DNA from: Thermaerobacter marianensis
GTDB taxonomy: Bacteria; Bacillota; Sulfobacillia; DVGY01
Length of the DNA: 64,000 bases
Direction of reading: 5' to 3'
Assembly: GCA_020724425.1 (NCBI GenBank)
Contig: DYGY01000003.1
Span: 65,233-129,232, forward strand
The notes beneath the pieces were generated by a model. It saw only the letters and a program-made list of their open reading frames with translations. It did not search any database and had not been told where the DNA came from. Below, piece after piece: positions 35,136 through 45,222 of the stretch. The position numbers and the translations under genes were made by a program. The number at the start of each line of letters is the position of its first letter. Position 1 is the stretch's first letter.

Positions 35136-36134
35136 CTATAACCTAACTATACCAACCTTTTCTTTTACATCTTTCATTGTTTGCTCAGCAATAGCTCCTG
35201 CCTTTTCTGCTCCTTCTTTAAGTATATCTAGGAGATACTGAGGCTCTCTACTTAGTTCTTCATATCTTCCTTGTAAAGGTCTTAACCCCTCCACAACTAC
35301 CTCTGCTAGATCCTTCTTAAAGTCACCATAGCCTTTTCCAGCATATCTCTCCTGAATAGTGTCTAAGCTATCACCACTGAATCTTGAATATATGGTCATC
35401 AGATTACTAACTGCCGCCTTATTCTCTTCATCATAATAGACATCCCTACCAGAGTCAGTAACAGCACGCTTAATCTTTTTACGAATAACATCGGGACTAT
35501 CTAGCAACTCGATACGGTTAAGATCAGTATCAGCACTCTTGCTCATCTTCTTGCTAGCATCATCTAACCCCATAATCCTGCTACCTACACCTAAGATCTT
35601 AGGTTCTGGAACCTTAAATGTCTCCCCATAACGATGATTAAACCTCTGAGCAATATCCCTACTAAGCTCAAGATGTTGCTTCTGATCATCCCCTACAGGA
35701 ACAACATCAGTCTGATATAATAGAATATCAGCTGCCATTAAAACAGGATATGTAAATAGGGCACTGCTAACCGTCTCCTGATTAGTAGACTTCTCTTTAA
35801 ATTGAGTCATGCGATTAAGCTCACCAAAAGTAGCGATACAATTCAAGAACCAGGCAAGTTCAGCATGTGCACCCACGCTTGACTGGATAAAGACTGTCGC
35901 CTTTTTAGGATCAATACCGGATGCAAGATAGATACCTGCAGTCTTCAGGGTTGCTTCCCTTAAAACAACAGGGTCCTGTGGAACTGTCAAAGCATGCAAA
36001 TCTACGATACAGAAAAGACAATCCTCTTCCTGTTGCAACTCGGTAAATTGCTGAATTGCTCCTAGATAGTTACCGATATGGAGAGTCCCTGTAGGTTGAA
36101 CTCCAGAAAAAACTCTTCTACTCAATCTAACCAC
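35136..36134 (-). CDS. trpS: Tryptophan--tRNA ligase
   Basis: SGVQPTG.LHIGNY, YPVLMAADI, VGDDQKQH, KMSKS. Confidence 0.97.
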   Translation of the reverse strand: MVRLSRRVFSGVQPTGTLHIGNYLGAIQQFTELQQEEDCLFCIVDLHALTVPQDPVVLREATLKTAGIYLASGIDPKKATVFIQSSVGAHAELAWFLNCIATFGELNRMTQFKEKSTNQETVSSALFTYPVLMAADILLYQTDVVPVGDDQKQHLELSRDIAQRFNHRYGETFKVPEPKILGVGSRIMGLDDASKKMSKSADTDLNRIELLDSPDVIRKKIKRAVTDSGRDVYYDEENKAAVSNLMTIYSRFSGDSLDTIQERYAGKGYGDFKKDLAEVVVEGLRPLQGRYEELSREPQYLLDILKEGAEKAGAIAEQTMKDVKEKVGIVRL

Positions 36135-36202
36135 CTCTTAATCTTTTCTTAACACCATGTATCTTAGGATAATGGTAACATATAAACGAAAGGAGAATCA
36201 GT

Positions 36203-36649
36203 ATGCCATACAAGATATATTATATCTGTACCGGAAATTCCTGCAGAAGTCAAATGGCTGAAGGCTTCACCCGTTACCTGGGTAAAGACCTAGTAGAAGT
36301 ACGCAGTGCCGGATTAGAACCCTCTACAGTACATCCTAGAGCCATTAGCTCTATGCTGGAAAAAGGTATTGATATTAGCAATCACACCTCTGATTCCATT
36401 GATCAGGACTTCCTAGCTAGCGCCGATATAGCTATTACCCTTTGTGGAGACGCGCAGGAACGTTGCCCGGTAACACCACCAAGTGTACTCCGGTTACACT
36501 GGCCTCTAATCGACCCAGCGAAAGCAGAAGGAACAGAAGAAGAAATCATGGAAGTCTTCAGAACTGTTCGCGACCAAATCGAAGAGCTTGTTAAGACAGT
36601 TCTCTCTGATCTTTCTCATGGCTTCCTGGAAAAGCTGGACCAGCCTTAA
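36203..36649 (+). CDS. arsC: Thioredoxin-dependent arsenate reductase
   Basis: [26 protein letters not shown]. Confidence 0.92.
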   Translation: MPYKIYYICTGNSCRSQMAEGFTRYLGKDLVEVRSAGLEPSTVHPRAISSMLEKGIDISNHTSDSIDQDFLASADIAITLCGDAQERCPVTPPSVLRLHWPLIDPAKAEGTEEEIMEVFRTVRDQIEELVKTVLSDLSHGFLEKLDQP

Positions 36650-37550
36650 GAATATGACCTGGAAGTTCTCTTCCTAGGATATCCTGCAGCTTTTTTGAAA
36701 CCTTAAGTAGTTCTGGTAAGTTAACACCGGTATGGATGCCCATCTCCTCTACCATATGCACAAGATCCTCTGTAGCTATATTACCTGTGGCTCCAGGAGC
36801 AAAAGGGCATCCCCCTATTCCACCCAAAGAAGAATCATAAACAGATACTCCAGCCTGCAAACCCGCCAGCACATTACTAAGACCCATGCCTCTAGTATCA
36901 TGAAAATGCAGACCCAAAGAGATCTCCGGGAAGTCAAGCCTTACCTGGCTAACACGTTCATAAACAGATCTTGGGTTTGCCATTCCAGTGGTATCAGCTA
37001 AAAACACCTCATGAACTCCTAGTTCCCAAGAAGTCTTTATAATCTCATACACCCACTCATAGGAAACCTCTCCTACAAACGGACAACCAAAGGCAGTACC
37101 GACAGTAACCTTTACCTTACAGTCCTTCTTCTTTTCAGCAATCTTTTCAAGTGCTAGCAAGGATTGCTTCCTAGTTTGCTTTACATTAGCTAGATTATGC
37201 TCATCACTAGCAGAAACCACAAAGATAACTTCATCCACATCTGTATCCTGAGCTCTAGCAAGACCCTTTTCATTAGGAACTAAAGCCTCATAACTAACTG
37301 AATCTTTTCTTTGAATACCCCTTAAAACCTGTTCAGCATCACTCAACTGAGGAACAAAATCAGGATGAACAAAAGAAGTCACCTCTATAGCCTGTAAACC
37401 AGTTAGGTTTAGACTATTAATGAGGTCAATCTTCTGATTTGTGGGAACAACAAACTTCTCTTGCTGTAATCCATCCCTCATTCCAACCTCTCTAATCAAA
37501 ATTGTCTTTGGCATATCAGCAGGATTCCAAAGTTGCATAAACGAATTCAC
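36591..37550 (-). CDS. Hydroxymethylglutaryl-CoA lyase
   Basis: [40 protein letters not shown]; true start uncertain. Confidence 0.92.
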   Translation of the reverse strand: MNSFMQLWNPADMPKTILIREVGMRDGLQQEKFVVPTNQKIDLINSLNLTGLQAIEVTSFVHPDFVPQLSDAEQVLRGIQRKDSVSYEALVPNEKGLARAQDTDVDEVIFVVSASDEHNLANVKQTRKQSLLALEKIAEKKKDCKVKVTVGTAFGCPFVGEVSYEWVYEIIKTSWELGVHEVFLADTTGMANPRSVYERVSQVRLDFPEISLGLHFHDTRGMGLSNVLAGLQAGVSVYDSSLGGIGGCPFAPGATGNIATEDLVHMVEEMGIHTGVNLPELLKVSKKLQDILGRELPGHILKAGPAFPGSHEKDQRELS

Positions 37551-37571
37551 TCCTCAAGAAGGGGGTCTATC

Positions 37572-38417
37572 ATGTATCCAGAAAAAACAGTGCCTGTAAA
37601 TGGTTTAACAATAGCATACCACGAAAATATCCCTCAAAGGGAGTCTGTCTCAATAATTATGATCCATGGTCTAGGAGGAGGAAAAAGCTACTGGCTAAGA
37701 AACTTCCCTCACTTTAAAGACTATCACGTCTTAGCCCTTGATTTACCCGGATCAGGAAATTCAGAACTCCCTGAAAACTATCATAACTGGAATCTAGAAA
37801 ACATAGCTTCCTTCATCATTGCTTTTCTAGATGTTCTTAAGATAAACAAAGCTATTCTAATAGGTAACTCTATGGGTGGAGGTATAGCCCTTAATACAGC
37901 TCTTCTCTACCCTGATAGAATTAAAGCTCTCATCTTAACAAGTCCTGCTGCCATCGGAAACAAACTGTCCTTAATGTTTAGAGTTCTTGCCATACCAACA
38001 TTAGGACCCTTTCTTCTTAACCTGGCTCCTCTTAACAATCAAGAATATGTCAAGAAGTCTCTAACACAAATGGTCACCAATCCTATCTGGGATCAAGAAC
38101 TAATCGATTATACTATCGAACTTACAAGCAAACCAACCTTTGCACCCTCACTTTTAGCAGCTTTACAGGGACGTAACATCACCTTAAAACAACAGAAGGA
38201 ATTTACATTAACAGAACAACTAAAAGATATTCTCACACCAACACTAGTAATCTGGGGAAAGGATGATAATATCCTCTCTGTTGAAAATTCCAGATACGTA
38301 AGCCAGATGCCCAATGCCCAGTTAGAAATCTGGGATAGTTGTGGACACCTGGCTCAATTAGAATATCCAGAAAAATTCTTTGAATCTTCTATACGCTTCC
38401 TATCTCAACATTTCTAA
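37572..38417 (+). CDS. Alpha/beta hydrolase
   Basis: HGLGG, DLPGSG, GNSMGG, WGKDD, CGH; ATG after GGGGG. Confidence 0.9.
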   Translation: MYPEKTVPVNGLTIAYHENIPQRESVSIIMIHGLGGGKSYWLRNFPHFKDYHVLALDLPGSGNSELPENYHNWNLENIASFIIAFLDVLKINKAILIGNSMGGGIALNTALLYPDRIKALILTSPAAIGNKLSLMFRVLAIPTLGPFLLNLAPLNNQEYVKKSLTQMVTNPIWDQELIDYTIELTSKPTFAPSLLAALQGRNITLKQQKEFTLTEQLKDILTPTLVIWGKDDNILSVENSRYVSQMPNAQLEIWDSCGHLAQLEYPEKFFESSIRFLSQHF

Positions 38418-39467
38418 AGCCTTATCTGCCCATTCAGGGTCTGTTAATAGAGCTCTACCGATACCGGCAAAGTCAACCTTGCCTTCACGAACTATCGCAT
38501 CGGCGAGACTTGCTTCAGTTATACCACCGGTTAGAATAACAGGAGCTCTCTCTCCCACTCTTTCCTTTACCTTTTCTGCTAATGATAGAAAATATGCAGC
38601 AGGTGCTCCCTTGGGTCTGCTCCCACCGATACCACCAGAAATATCAAGAATGTCCACCCCGGCAGCTACTAGCCACTCAGCAATTTCCACACCTTCCTCA
38701 ATCACTAAGCCCTTCTGGGACATTGGCACAGGCACTGAAGGTGCATAATCAGCAGCTGCAAGACGATATATCAAAATCGTATTATCACTAATTACCTCTC
38801 GCACATGCCTCACTACCTCTAATACAAAACGAGCCCTATTTTCCAGCGAACCTCCATACTCATCCGTTCTCATATTTACAAGAGGAGAAGTGAACTGATT
38901 TAATAGGTAGCCATGAGCACCATGTAATTCTACAGCAGCAAACCCTGCCTCTTCAGCTCTTTTCGCTGCTTTACCAAACTGAATCTTAATTCTCTCTAGA
39001 TCTTCTAAAGTAAGTTCCTGTACTTCATCACCACTGGCATACAAAGGATTGGGATGGGGAATTGGAGAAGGACCATAAACAGGCAAACCAGTAACTTCAC
39101 TCTTAGCAGCATTACCTGCATGAGTAATCTGTAGAGCCATGGTTGCCCCATAGGGTTTAAGCCTTTCTAGTAAATCCTTGTACAATGGTACCAAGCCATC
39201 TTCATGAATCCCAAGTTGAGTCTTGCTCAATTTTCCTTCAGGTGTGACATATGCATGCTCAACAATCATTAACCCCACTGATTTAGCTCTCATACTATAG
39301 TGCTTAAAATGCTTCTCTGTAGGCTCTCCAGCTTCTGTAGCCACATCACTGGCCATGGGAGCCATTGTTATTCGGTTACGAATCGTATGTCCCCTCACCT
39401 CAATTGAACTTAAAAGACTGTTTTTCATCAAATCAACTCCTTGTTTCCTTGGTTTTTCATCATTCAT
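38400..39467 (-). CDS. Old yellow enzyme / NADH:flavin oxidoreductase
   Basis: RNRITMAPM, QITHAG, ELHGAHGYLLNQF, RTDEYGGS.ENR, IGRALL. Confidence 0.92.
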   Translation of the reverse strand: MNDEKPRKQGVDLMKNSLLSSIEVRGHTIRNRITMAPMASDVATEAGEPTEKHFKHYSMRAKSVGLMIVEHAYVTPEGKLSKTQLGIHEDGLVPLYKDLLERLKPYGATMALQITHAGNAAKSEVTGLPVYGPSPIPHPNPLYASGDEVQELTLEDLERIKIQFGKAAKRAEEAGFAAVELHGAHGYLLNQFTSPLVNMRTDEYGGSLENRARFVLEVVRHVREVISDNTILIYRLAAADYAPSVPVPMSQKGLVIEEGVEIAEWLVAAGVDILDISGGIGGSRPKGAPAAYFLSLAEKVKERVGERAPVILTGGITEASLADAIVREGKVDFAGIGRALLTDPEWADKALEMLR

Positions 39468-39482
39468 ATACTTCTCAATAAA

Positions 39483-40292
39483 CTAAAGTCCACTAAACAC
39501 ATCTACTTCTAACCCTCTAGACCTAAGCTCTTTAATATAAGGGGTGATACCCAGTCTATCACTGGAAATATGGCCCGTAATAATGAGATTGCCTTTAACC
39601 TCAGCCTTCAGTCTAGGGATATCCCCATTGGGGATATGAATATATATCACTGTATCAATCCCATGGTCATAATATGCCTTAGCAACGTTATAGCCCCCAT
39701 TGGTTCCAGCCGCATGAGCAACAACCCATTTACCCAGTGGTTTTGAAGGATCACCTAGAGCTACACGAATATCTGTTTCAGCTTTCTGGAACTCTTCATA
39801 CTGCATTAAGGCTGTAATAGCATCACCCACAGTCATTTCGGGAATCTCTAGTTCTTTTTTCTTAAGAGCATCTAGCATCCGCAGCCGACCAAGTTCATCT
39901 AAGGGTTGATGAATATTGAGAAACGGCATCCCTAATAACCTTGCCACAGATGGTGCATGATCATTATTAGCCCGATGAAAATTCCAGCTCCAGTGGTTAA
40001 TTAGATCCTCAACTGCCTTTTCAGCCACATCTTCAGGAACTCCGTTTTCCCTTAAGAAATCCACATGCCGATGCAATACCTCACCAAAACCCTTAGAACC
40101 AACCGGATGATGAGCAATTACAGCATCATAGCCTAATCTATCCGCCAATACCAGTTCAGCAACGCCAACGTCTATACCAATGAGGACTTTCTTAATGTCT
40201 TCTCCTTCAACATATATGGCACTATCTCCGGGTATCTCACTGAAATCTGACATTACAAGAGCTATCTGCATTAATTCTTGAGTATTAAACAT
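39483..40292 (-). CDS. NIF3-like metal-binding protein
   Basis: KKVLIGID, VIAHHP, NIHQPLD, GHISSD. Confidence 0.7.
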   Translation of the reverse strand: MFNTQELMQIALVMSDFSEIPGDSAIYVEGEDIKKVLIGIDVGVAELVLADRLGYDAVIAHHPVGSKGFGEVLHRHVDFLRENGVPEDVAEKAVEDLINHWSWNFHRANNDHAPSVARLLGMPFLNIHQPLDELGRLRMLDALKKKELEIPEMTVGDAITALMQYEEFQKAETDIRVALGDPSKPLGKWVVAHAAGTNGGYNVAKAYYDHGIDTVIYIHIPNGDIPRLKAEVKGNLIITGHISSDRLGITPYIKELRSRGLEVDVFSGL

Positions 40293-40369
40293 TTAAGTTC
40301 CTCCCTCTATTGCGATATTTTCCCCTAAAGGCTAAACTAAAGTCAGACAACTTGGAAGAGGTGACCTTA

Positions 40370-41566
40370 ATGAACGAAGAACAATCACAGCCTCGCATTT
40401 CCTGGGAAATGCTTTTTCTCTTTTTTGTCATCATGGTCTCATTTTTTGATACACTATCCCAGTTACCAATCATCTCACCCTATGCACGACATCTTGGATC
40501 AACAGAGCAAATGATTGGCCTAATAGTCTCTACATATAGTCTAGTTAACTTCTTTGCCAACTTCTTTGCCGGCTACTTCATTGATCGTTACGGTCGTAAA
40601 ATAGTTATAGTCCTAGGTATGACCACAGCCGGTATAGCTATCTTTCTCTATTCTGTAGTTACAACCCCACTGCAATTCCTTGCAGTACGCGTCCTCCATG
40701 GTCTTGGCGGAGGCTTTTTAGTACCCGCAGCCTTTACTAGTGCAGGTGACCGTGCTGCAAGTAGTACCAATAGAGGTGGTACAATGGCCAAGGCCGGTGT
40801 TGCCGTAGCTGTTGCTGCAATTCTTGGACCTCCTTTCAGTGGCATTATGAAAGATCGCTTAGGCTATGACTATGTCCTCTATTCTGTAGCCGCCCTACTG
40901 CTAATAACTGCTTTGCTAGCAGCAATTTTCCTAAAAGAAACCCTTGGCGAAAGAGAAGAAGAAACCGGTCCAAAGACCTCATACAAAGACATCTTTAATA
41001 GACATACTCTCTGGATCTCATACCTAGCAGCATTCTTCCTAATGTTCGGTCAGGGCATACTAGCACTTAGCTTACCCCTGTATACAGAAAACCTTGGTAT
41101 CTCCTCAACAATGACAGGAGTTCTTTTTTCTAGCTTTGCTTTTTCTGCCATGATCATCTTTATGATTCCAAAGAACTGGATTGGTAAACTGTTAAAAAGA
41201 GAATGGAACAACATCTTGTCTATAACCATTGGCCTATTCTTTGTCTTGCTTTCTCTGTTTCTAATACCGTTCTTTACAGATTTATCACTGCTGTTTGTTT
41301 CCATGTTGATATATGGTATCGGTTTTGGATTCCTCTTCCCTGCTATGAATACACTAATTGTTGAAAGCACAGAAAAAAGGGAAAGAGGAACAGCTTTTGG
41401 TATCTTCTATGCCTTTTTCTCTCTAGGCGTAGTTTTAGGTCCTCTTGTAGTATCATTCTTTCAGTCTATACCTTTAAGTTCTTTCCATATTGGCAGCCTG
41501 TTTGTAGCTATTGGCCTTATAACAGTGCTCCTAATCAAATCAAGAATATCAATTACCCACGACTAA
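40370..41566 (+). CDS. MFS transporter; last 5 codons and stop supplied by inserted element
   Basis: GYFIDRYGRK motif A, 12 TM; ATG after GAGGTG; ends KSRISITHD inside the element. Confidence 0.92.
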   Translation: MNEEQSQPRISWEMLFLFFVIMVSFFDTLSQLPIISPYARHLGSTEQMIGLIVSTYSLVNFFANFFAGYFIDRYGRKIVIVLGMTTAGIAIFLYSVVTTPLQFLAVRVLHGLGGGFLVPAAFTSAGDRAASSTNRGGTMAKAGVAVAVAAILGPPFSGIMKDRLGYDYVLYSVAALLLITALLAAIFLKETLGEREEETGPKTSYKDIFNRHTLWISYLAAFFLMFGQGILALSLPLYTENLGISSTMTGVLFSSFAFSAMIIFMIPKNWIGKLLKREWNNILSITIGLFFVLLSLFLIPFFTDLSLLFVSMLIYGIGFGFLFPAMNTLIVESTEKRERGTAFGIFYAFFSLGVVLGPLVVSFFQSIPLSSFHIGSLFVAIGLITVLLIKSRISITHD

Positions 41567-41904
41567 AATCGAGTGCTTGTGTTGAAACCTAGACACAAGT
41601 TCTGATTGACTAGCCTAAGTCTTAAATGACTACGTTACCAACAAATATATAGGCACCTTGGGGTACTCCTCTAGCTCCAAGCACTGCGGTTGCTGGTTAA
41701 ACAGTTCTGAGGGGTAGGAACAGTGCTGTCAGCAAAAAACTGTTGGATAACATTGGCGAAAAGAAAATTACTATTTTTGCTATTTTTCTAGAATAGTTTA
41801 CCGATACGCTTTTAACTACTTACAAAAAACTAGCACTCATACTAAAAAACGAGGATGGCGTTCCTCTCATGACTGAAGTCACGGGTATCCACGCCACAAG
41901 TATT
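41548..41904 (+). mobile_element. Non-autonomous IS200/IS605 (IscB-type) element carrying a full-length HEARO/omegaRNA-like scaffold and no ORF
   Basis: End hairpins CCCACGACTAAAATCG and CATGACTGAAGTCACG; scaffold motifs GACTAGCCTAAGT, CTACGTT, GGCACCTTGGGGTACTCCTCTAGCTCCAAG, GGTTAAACAG, AACATTGGCGAA; flanked 3' by ATGAA; second copy at 13704-13990. Confidence 0.88.
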
Positions 41905-41912
41905 ATGAACTG

Positions 41913-41936
41913 ATGGCTATCCTCAGGGATAGCCAT
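41913..41936. terminator. Bidirectional hairpin terminator
   Basis: ATGGCTATCC-TCAG-GGATAGCCAT. Confidence 0.75.
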
Positions 41937-43171
41937 TAATCCTTTATATGTCTAAAGAAATAGTAGAAGAGGAAAGCACCGATAAGGTAACAGATAGTCG
42001 TGAGAGTAAACGCTTCAGAAAAGCCATAACGCACCTGAACATAGCCACTGACTAACGGACCTAACCCACCCCTACCTAAACTACCAAGCATCGCATTAAG
42101 ACTGGTAAGAGTGGCTCTTTGATCCTCATTAACCTGCTCCATACTAAAAGTCATCTGAACAGGACCTGACATATTCATGAGAGCACTTCGCATATAATAC
42201 GCAACAATCACAACCCCTAAGTTATAGGAGTATGCCAAGATCAACAAGAAGGGAATAGAGGCAAGCTCCGTATAGAATACAGTCCTCACCTTCCCAAATC
42301 TCTTGGCCAGCAACGGTGATGCCAGAGTCGCAATAGCAGTCACAATAGAACTAAAAGCAAACAAATAACCTATACTCCCAGTAGAAAGTTCAAACCTCAA
42401 ATTAAAGAACAACTGAAAGAAAGTAACCATGGCACCTGCACCAAAAGACACAAACATGCTTGGTAATAGTAGCTTGCTAAAAAGTGCCCATTCCTCCTTA
42501 CCCTGAGGCAAGGGTAACCTTCTCTTCTTCATAACCGGTTTAACATTAGTCATCCTTAACGCTGGAAAAATAGCCAAAGCATTAAAAAAAGCTACAGTTA
42601 AGAAAGCCCCTCTTAAAGGCCCTGTGGCTGTTGCCTCACTTCCCCATAAAACGGCAAGATACTCTGGTAACATACCACCAATCATACTACCTACAAATCC
42701 AGCACCCATCATCAAAGCAAAGTTAACCGAAAATAGATATACCCTCTCCTTATCATTGCTGTTAGCCGCCATCATGGGAGCCCCAATTACCCAGGTCAGA
42801 GCACCAGCAACACCAAGAGCCAAAGATGCACCAATTAACCCTGGAGAAGCCTCAAAAAAAGCCAAAGCAAGTACAGCCAGAGTACTAAGAACACTTCCGG
42901 TTACAAGAAAAGTCTTGTAACCATATCTATCTGCAGCCATACCAACGGGTAAACCAATAGCGAGAATAACAATGGAGGGAAGGCCATTCAGCAGGCCAAT
43001 AAAATCCTGCTGATATCCCAAAGAATATATGTAGAGGTTAAAGATAAGATGAAAGACACTAAAACTAATACTGGTAAGAGCTGTATAAGTAAGATACTTT
43101 TTTGCATTAGGACTGAAATTCTTTACAATACCACGATATTCTAGTGCTCCAACAATAACCCTTTCAACCAC
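41936..43171 (-). CDS. MFS transporter
   Basis: GMAADRYGYK, LAKRFGKV, 12 TM. Confidence 0.9.
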   Translation of the reverse strand: MVERVIVGALEYRGIVKNFSPNAKKYLTYTALTSISFSVFHLIFNLYIYSLGYQQDFIGLLNGLPSIVILAIGLPVGMAADRYGYKTFLVTGSVLSTLAVLALAFFEASPGLIGASLALGVAGALTWVIGAPMMAANSNDKERVYLFSVNFALMMGAGFVGSMIGGMLPEYLAVLWGSEATATGPLRGAFLTVAFFNALAIFPALRMTNVKPVMKKRRLPLPQGKEEWALFSKLLLPSMFVSFGAGAMVTFFQLFFNLRFELSTGSIGYLFAFSSIVTAIATLASPLLAKRFGKVRTVFYTELASIPFLLILAYSYNLGVVIVAYYMRSALMNMSGPVQMTFSMEQVNEDQRATLTSLNAMLGSLGRGGLGPLVSGYVQVRYGFSEAFTLTTICYLIGAFLFYYFFRHIKD

Positions 43172-43205
43172 AGCAAATTCCCCCTAGATTAACTCTCGAG
43201 GGTAT

Positions 43206-43232
43206 ATTCTACGAGTATCGAAATATTCCTGC
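43206..43232 (-). promoter_or_regulatory. SigH-like promoter
   Basis: GCAGGA-N17-GAAT. Confidence 0.6.
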
Positions 43233-43234
43233 AA

Positions 43235-44356
43235 CTAAATATGTGGCAGATCCCGACGCATTCTTCTATTCCTAAACTCAATAACCTCTGTCCAGTGTAC
43301 AGTCCTAACAATCTCCAGATCCTCTTCTTTAGAAAGATCAATCACTCTTATACTATCATAGAAAGAATACTCAGAGTTCTTAATCACCCTGACAACCGGT
43401 CTTTCAACATCCACACTGTTGATATCAGTTACAACAGCAACTTCACCTGAGCTCAATTGAACCATTGTGGCAATCGGGTAGGGAGCTACAACCCTGAACA
43501 AAGAATTAACAACATCCTTAGAAAAGAACCGATCCTGTTCACTTTTTAGGAGTAAAAGCCCTTCCGCAGGGTGTATAGCCTTTTTGTATGGCCTATCCGA
43601 AGTCATAGCATCATAAACATCACAAACACTACAAATCTTAGCATATACCGTGATTTCCTTGTCGTTTAACCCTCTAGGATAACCTGATCCATCCAATCTT
43701 TCATGGTGTTGATAAGCCACATGAGTAATCTGAGTACTTCCTAACCGACTTAAGGATTCAAAACCCTCAACTGTATGCTGTCTTACCTTATCCATCTCAA
43801 CTGGTTCCAGCTTTCCAGGCTTATTAAGGATATCCTCAGGAACATACACCTTACCTACATCATGTAACAGACTACCAATACCCAACTCGATTAATTTTGA
43901 TCGCTCTAACCCCATCACCTTCCCAATTGCAATGGATAGAAAAGCCACATTACTAGAATGACCAAAGGTATGATCAGTCAAAGCCTTAATATCAATAAGT
44001 TCCACAACTACTTCCGGTTGAGACAAAATATCATCAACCATTAACCGCACTACCTCTTCCACCAAAGCCTTATTAGTCTTATTTAGCAGATACATCTTCT
44101 TCATACTATCTTGAACTGCCAGAGTGGCTGATGCCTTAATTGCTTCCCGCAACTGACTAGACACTTCAATATCATCATTCTTTCCTTCAGACACATAGAC
44201 CCCGCTATACCCCATATCTCTTAGGCGGTCTATATACTGCTTACGTAGGCTAACCCCTGCAAACAAAAGAGGTCGTCCTGAAGGATCATAAATCGTTCGA
44301 GCTAATCGCATACCAGGTTGTACTTCATCTATCATTAGAAGCAGCAACACACTCAC
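43235..44356 (-). CDS. HD-GYP c-di-GMP phosphodiesterase
   Basis: TFGHS, LLHDVGK, HHERLDGSGYP, DVYDAMTSDRPY. Confidence 0.93.
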   Translation of the reverse strand: MSVLLLLMIDEVQPGMRLARTIYDPSGRPLLFAGVSLRKQYIDRLRDMGYSGVYVSEGKNDDIEVSSQLREAIKASATLAVQDSMKKMYLLNKTNKALVEEVVRLMVDDILSQPEVVVELIDIKALTDHTFGHSSNVAFLSIAIGKVMGLERSKLIELGIGSLLHDVGKVYVPEDILNKPGKLEPVEMDKVRQHTVEGFESLSRLGSTQITHVAYQHHERLDGSGYPRGLNDKEITVYAKICSVCDVYDAMTSDRPYKKAIHPAEGLLLLKSEQDRFFSKDVVNSLFRVVAPYPIATMVQLSSGEVAVVTDINSVDVERPVVRVIKNSEYSFYDSIRVIDLSKEEDLEIVRTVHWTEVIEFRNRRMRRDLPHI

Positions 44357-44416
44357 CCTTTCGTCAAACTAAGACATTATTTTATCTATTTGCCCACAAA
44401 ATTCCTTCTCCTTAGA

Positions 44417-44441
44417 AGGATATTAGGTTTTCTTGGAGAAG
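44417..44441 (+). promoter_or_regulatory. SigH-like promoter of EAL-ODP operon
   Basis: AGGA-N17-GAAG. Confidence 0.4.
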
Positions 44442-44476
44442 TAACTGTTACTGATAAGGGAGCAAGGGGGTCCAAA

Positions 44477-45208
44477 ATGTCAACTAGTATGTTAGATGAG
44501 ATAATTGAACGCGAAGGATTTTCTTTAGTCTGGCAACCGATATTTGATCTTAAGGACAAACAGATAATGGGCTATGAGATTCTCACAAGGGGCCCTAGAG
44601 GGTCAAAACTAGAAAACCCTATTAATCTATTTCAAGAAGCAAAACAACATGGCAAGCTCTTTGAACTAGAGAAAACCGTCATATCCAAAGCATTTCACCT
44701 AAAGAAAAAACATCTTCCAGCACATATTAAGATGTTTGTTAATGTAACACCGGAAACCCTAACACACCCTCTTTTCCCAAGGGTATTTTCTAATAAATAC
44801 TTTGCAGAACTTGGTATTCAGCAAAGCGAAATATCGATAGAAATCACCGAAAGGAGCAGCATTACCAGTTATGAAAACTTAAGAATACTCTTAACAGATC
44901 TTCGTCGCAATGGCTTTTACATAGCTCTAGACGATACAGGAAGTGGGTTTTCTTCACTAGAAGCTATCGCTAGAGTCCAACCACATTATATAAAAGTCGA
45001 TATGTCTCTCATTAGAAGAATCCATGTAGACCCGATTAAACAAGCAGTCTTGGAGATGCTTGTCGGTTTAAGTCAGCGGTTAGGCTGCTATTTAATAGCA
45101 GAAGGTATTGAATACAGAGGAGAACTAGATACCCTAACAACTTTAGGAGTATCTTATGGACAGGGTTATCTTTTGGGGAAACCCCAATCCCAACCAAAAC
45201 AATCTTAG
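44477..45208 (+). CDS. Stand-alone EAL c-di-GMP phosphodiesterase
   Basis: QPI, EILTR, FVNV, EITE, ALDDTGSGFSSL, IKVD, AEGIE, QGY all intact; ATG after GGGGG. Confidence 0.93.
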   Translation: MSTSMLDEIIEREGFSLVWQPIFDLKDKQIMGYEILTRGPRGSKLENPINLFQEAKQHGKLFELEKTVISKAFHLKKKHLPAHIKMFVNVTPETLTHPLFPRVFSNKYFAELGIQQSEISIEITERSSITSYENLRILLTDLRRNGFYIALDDTGSGFSSLEAIARVQPHYIKVDMSLIRRIHVDPIKQAVLEMLVGLSQRLGCYLIAEGIEYRGELDTLTTLGVSYGQGYLLGKPQSQPKQS

Positions 45209-45222
45209 AAGAGGTGACAACA

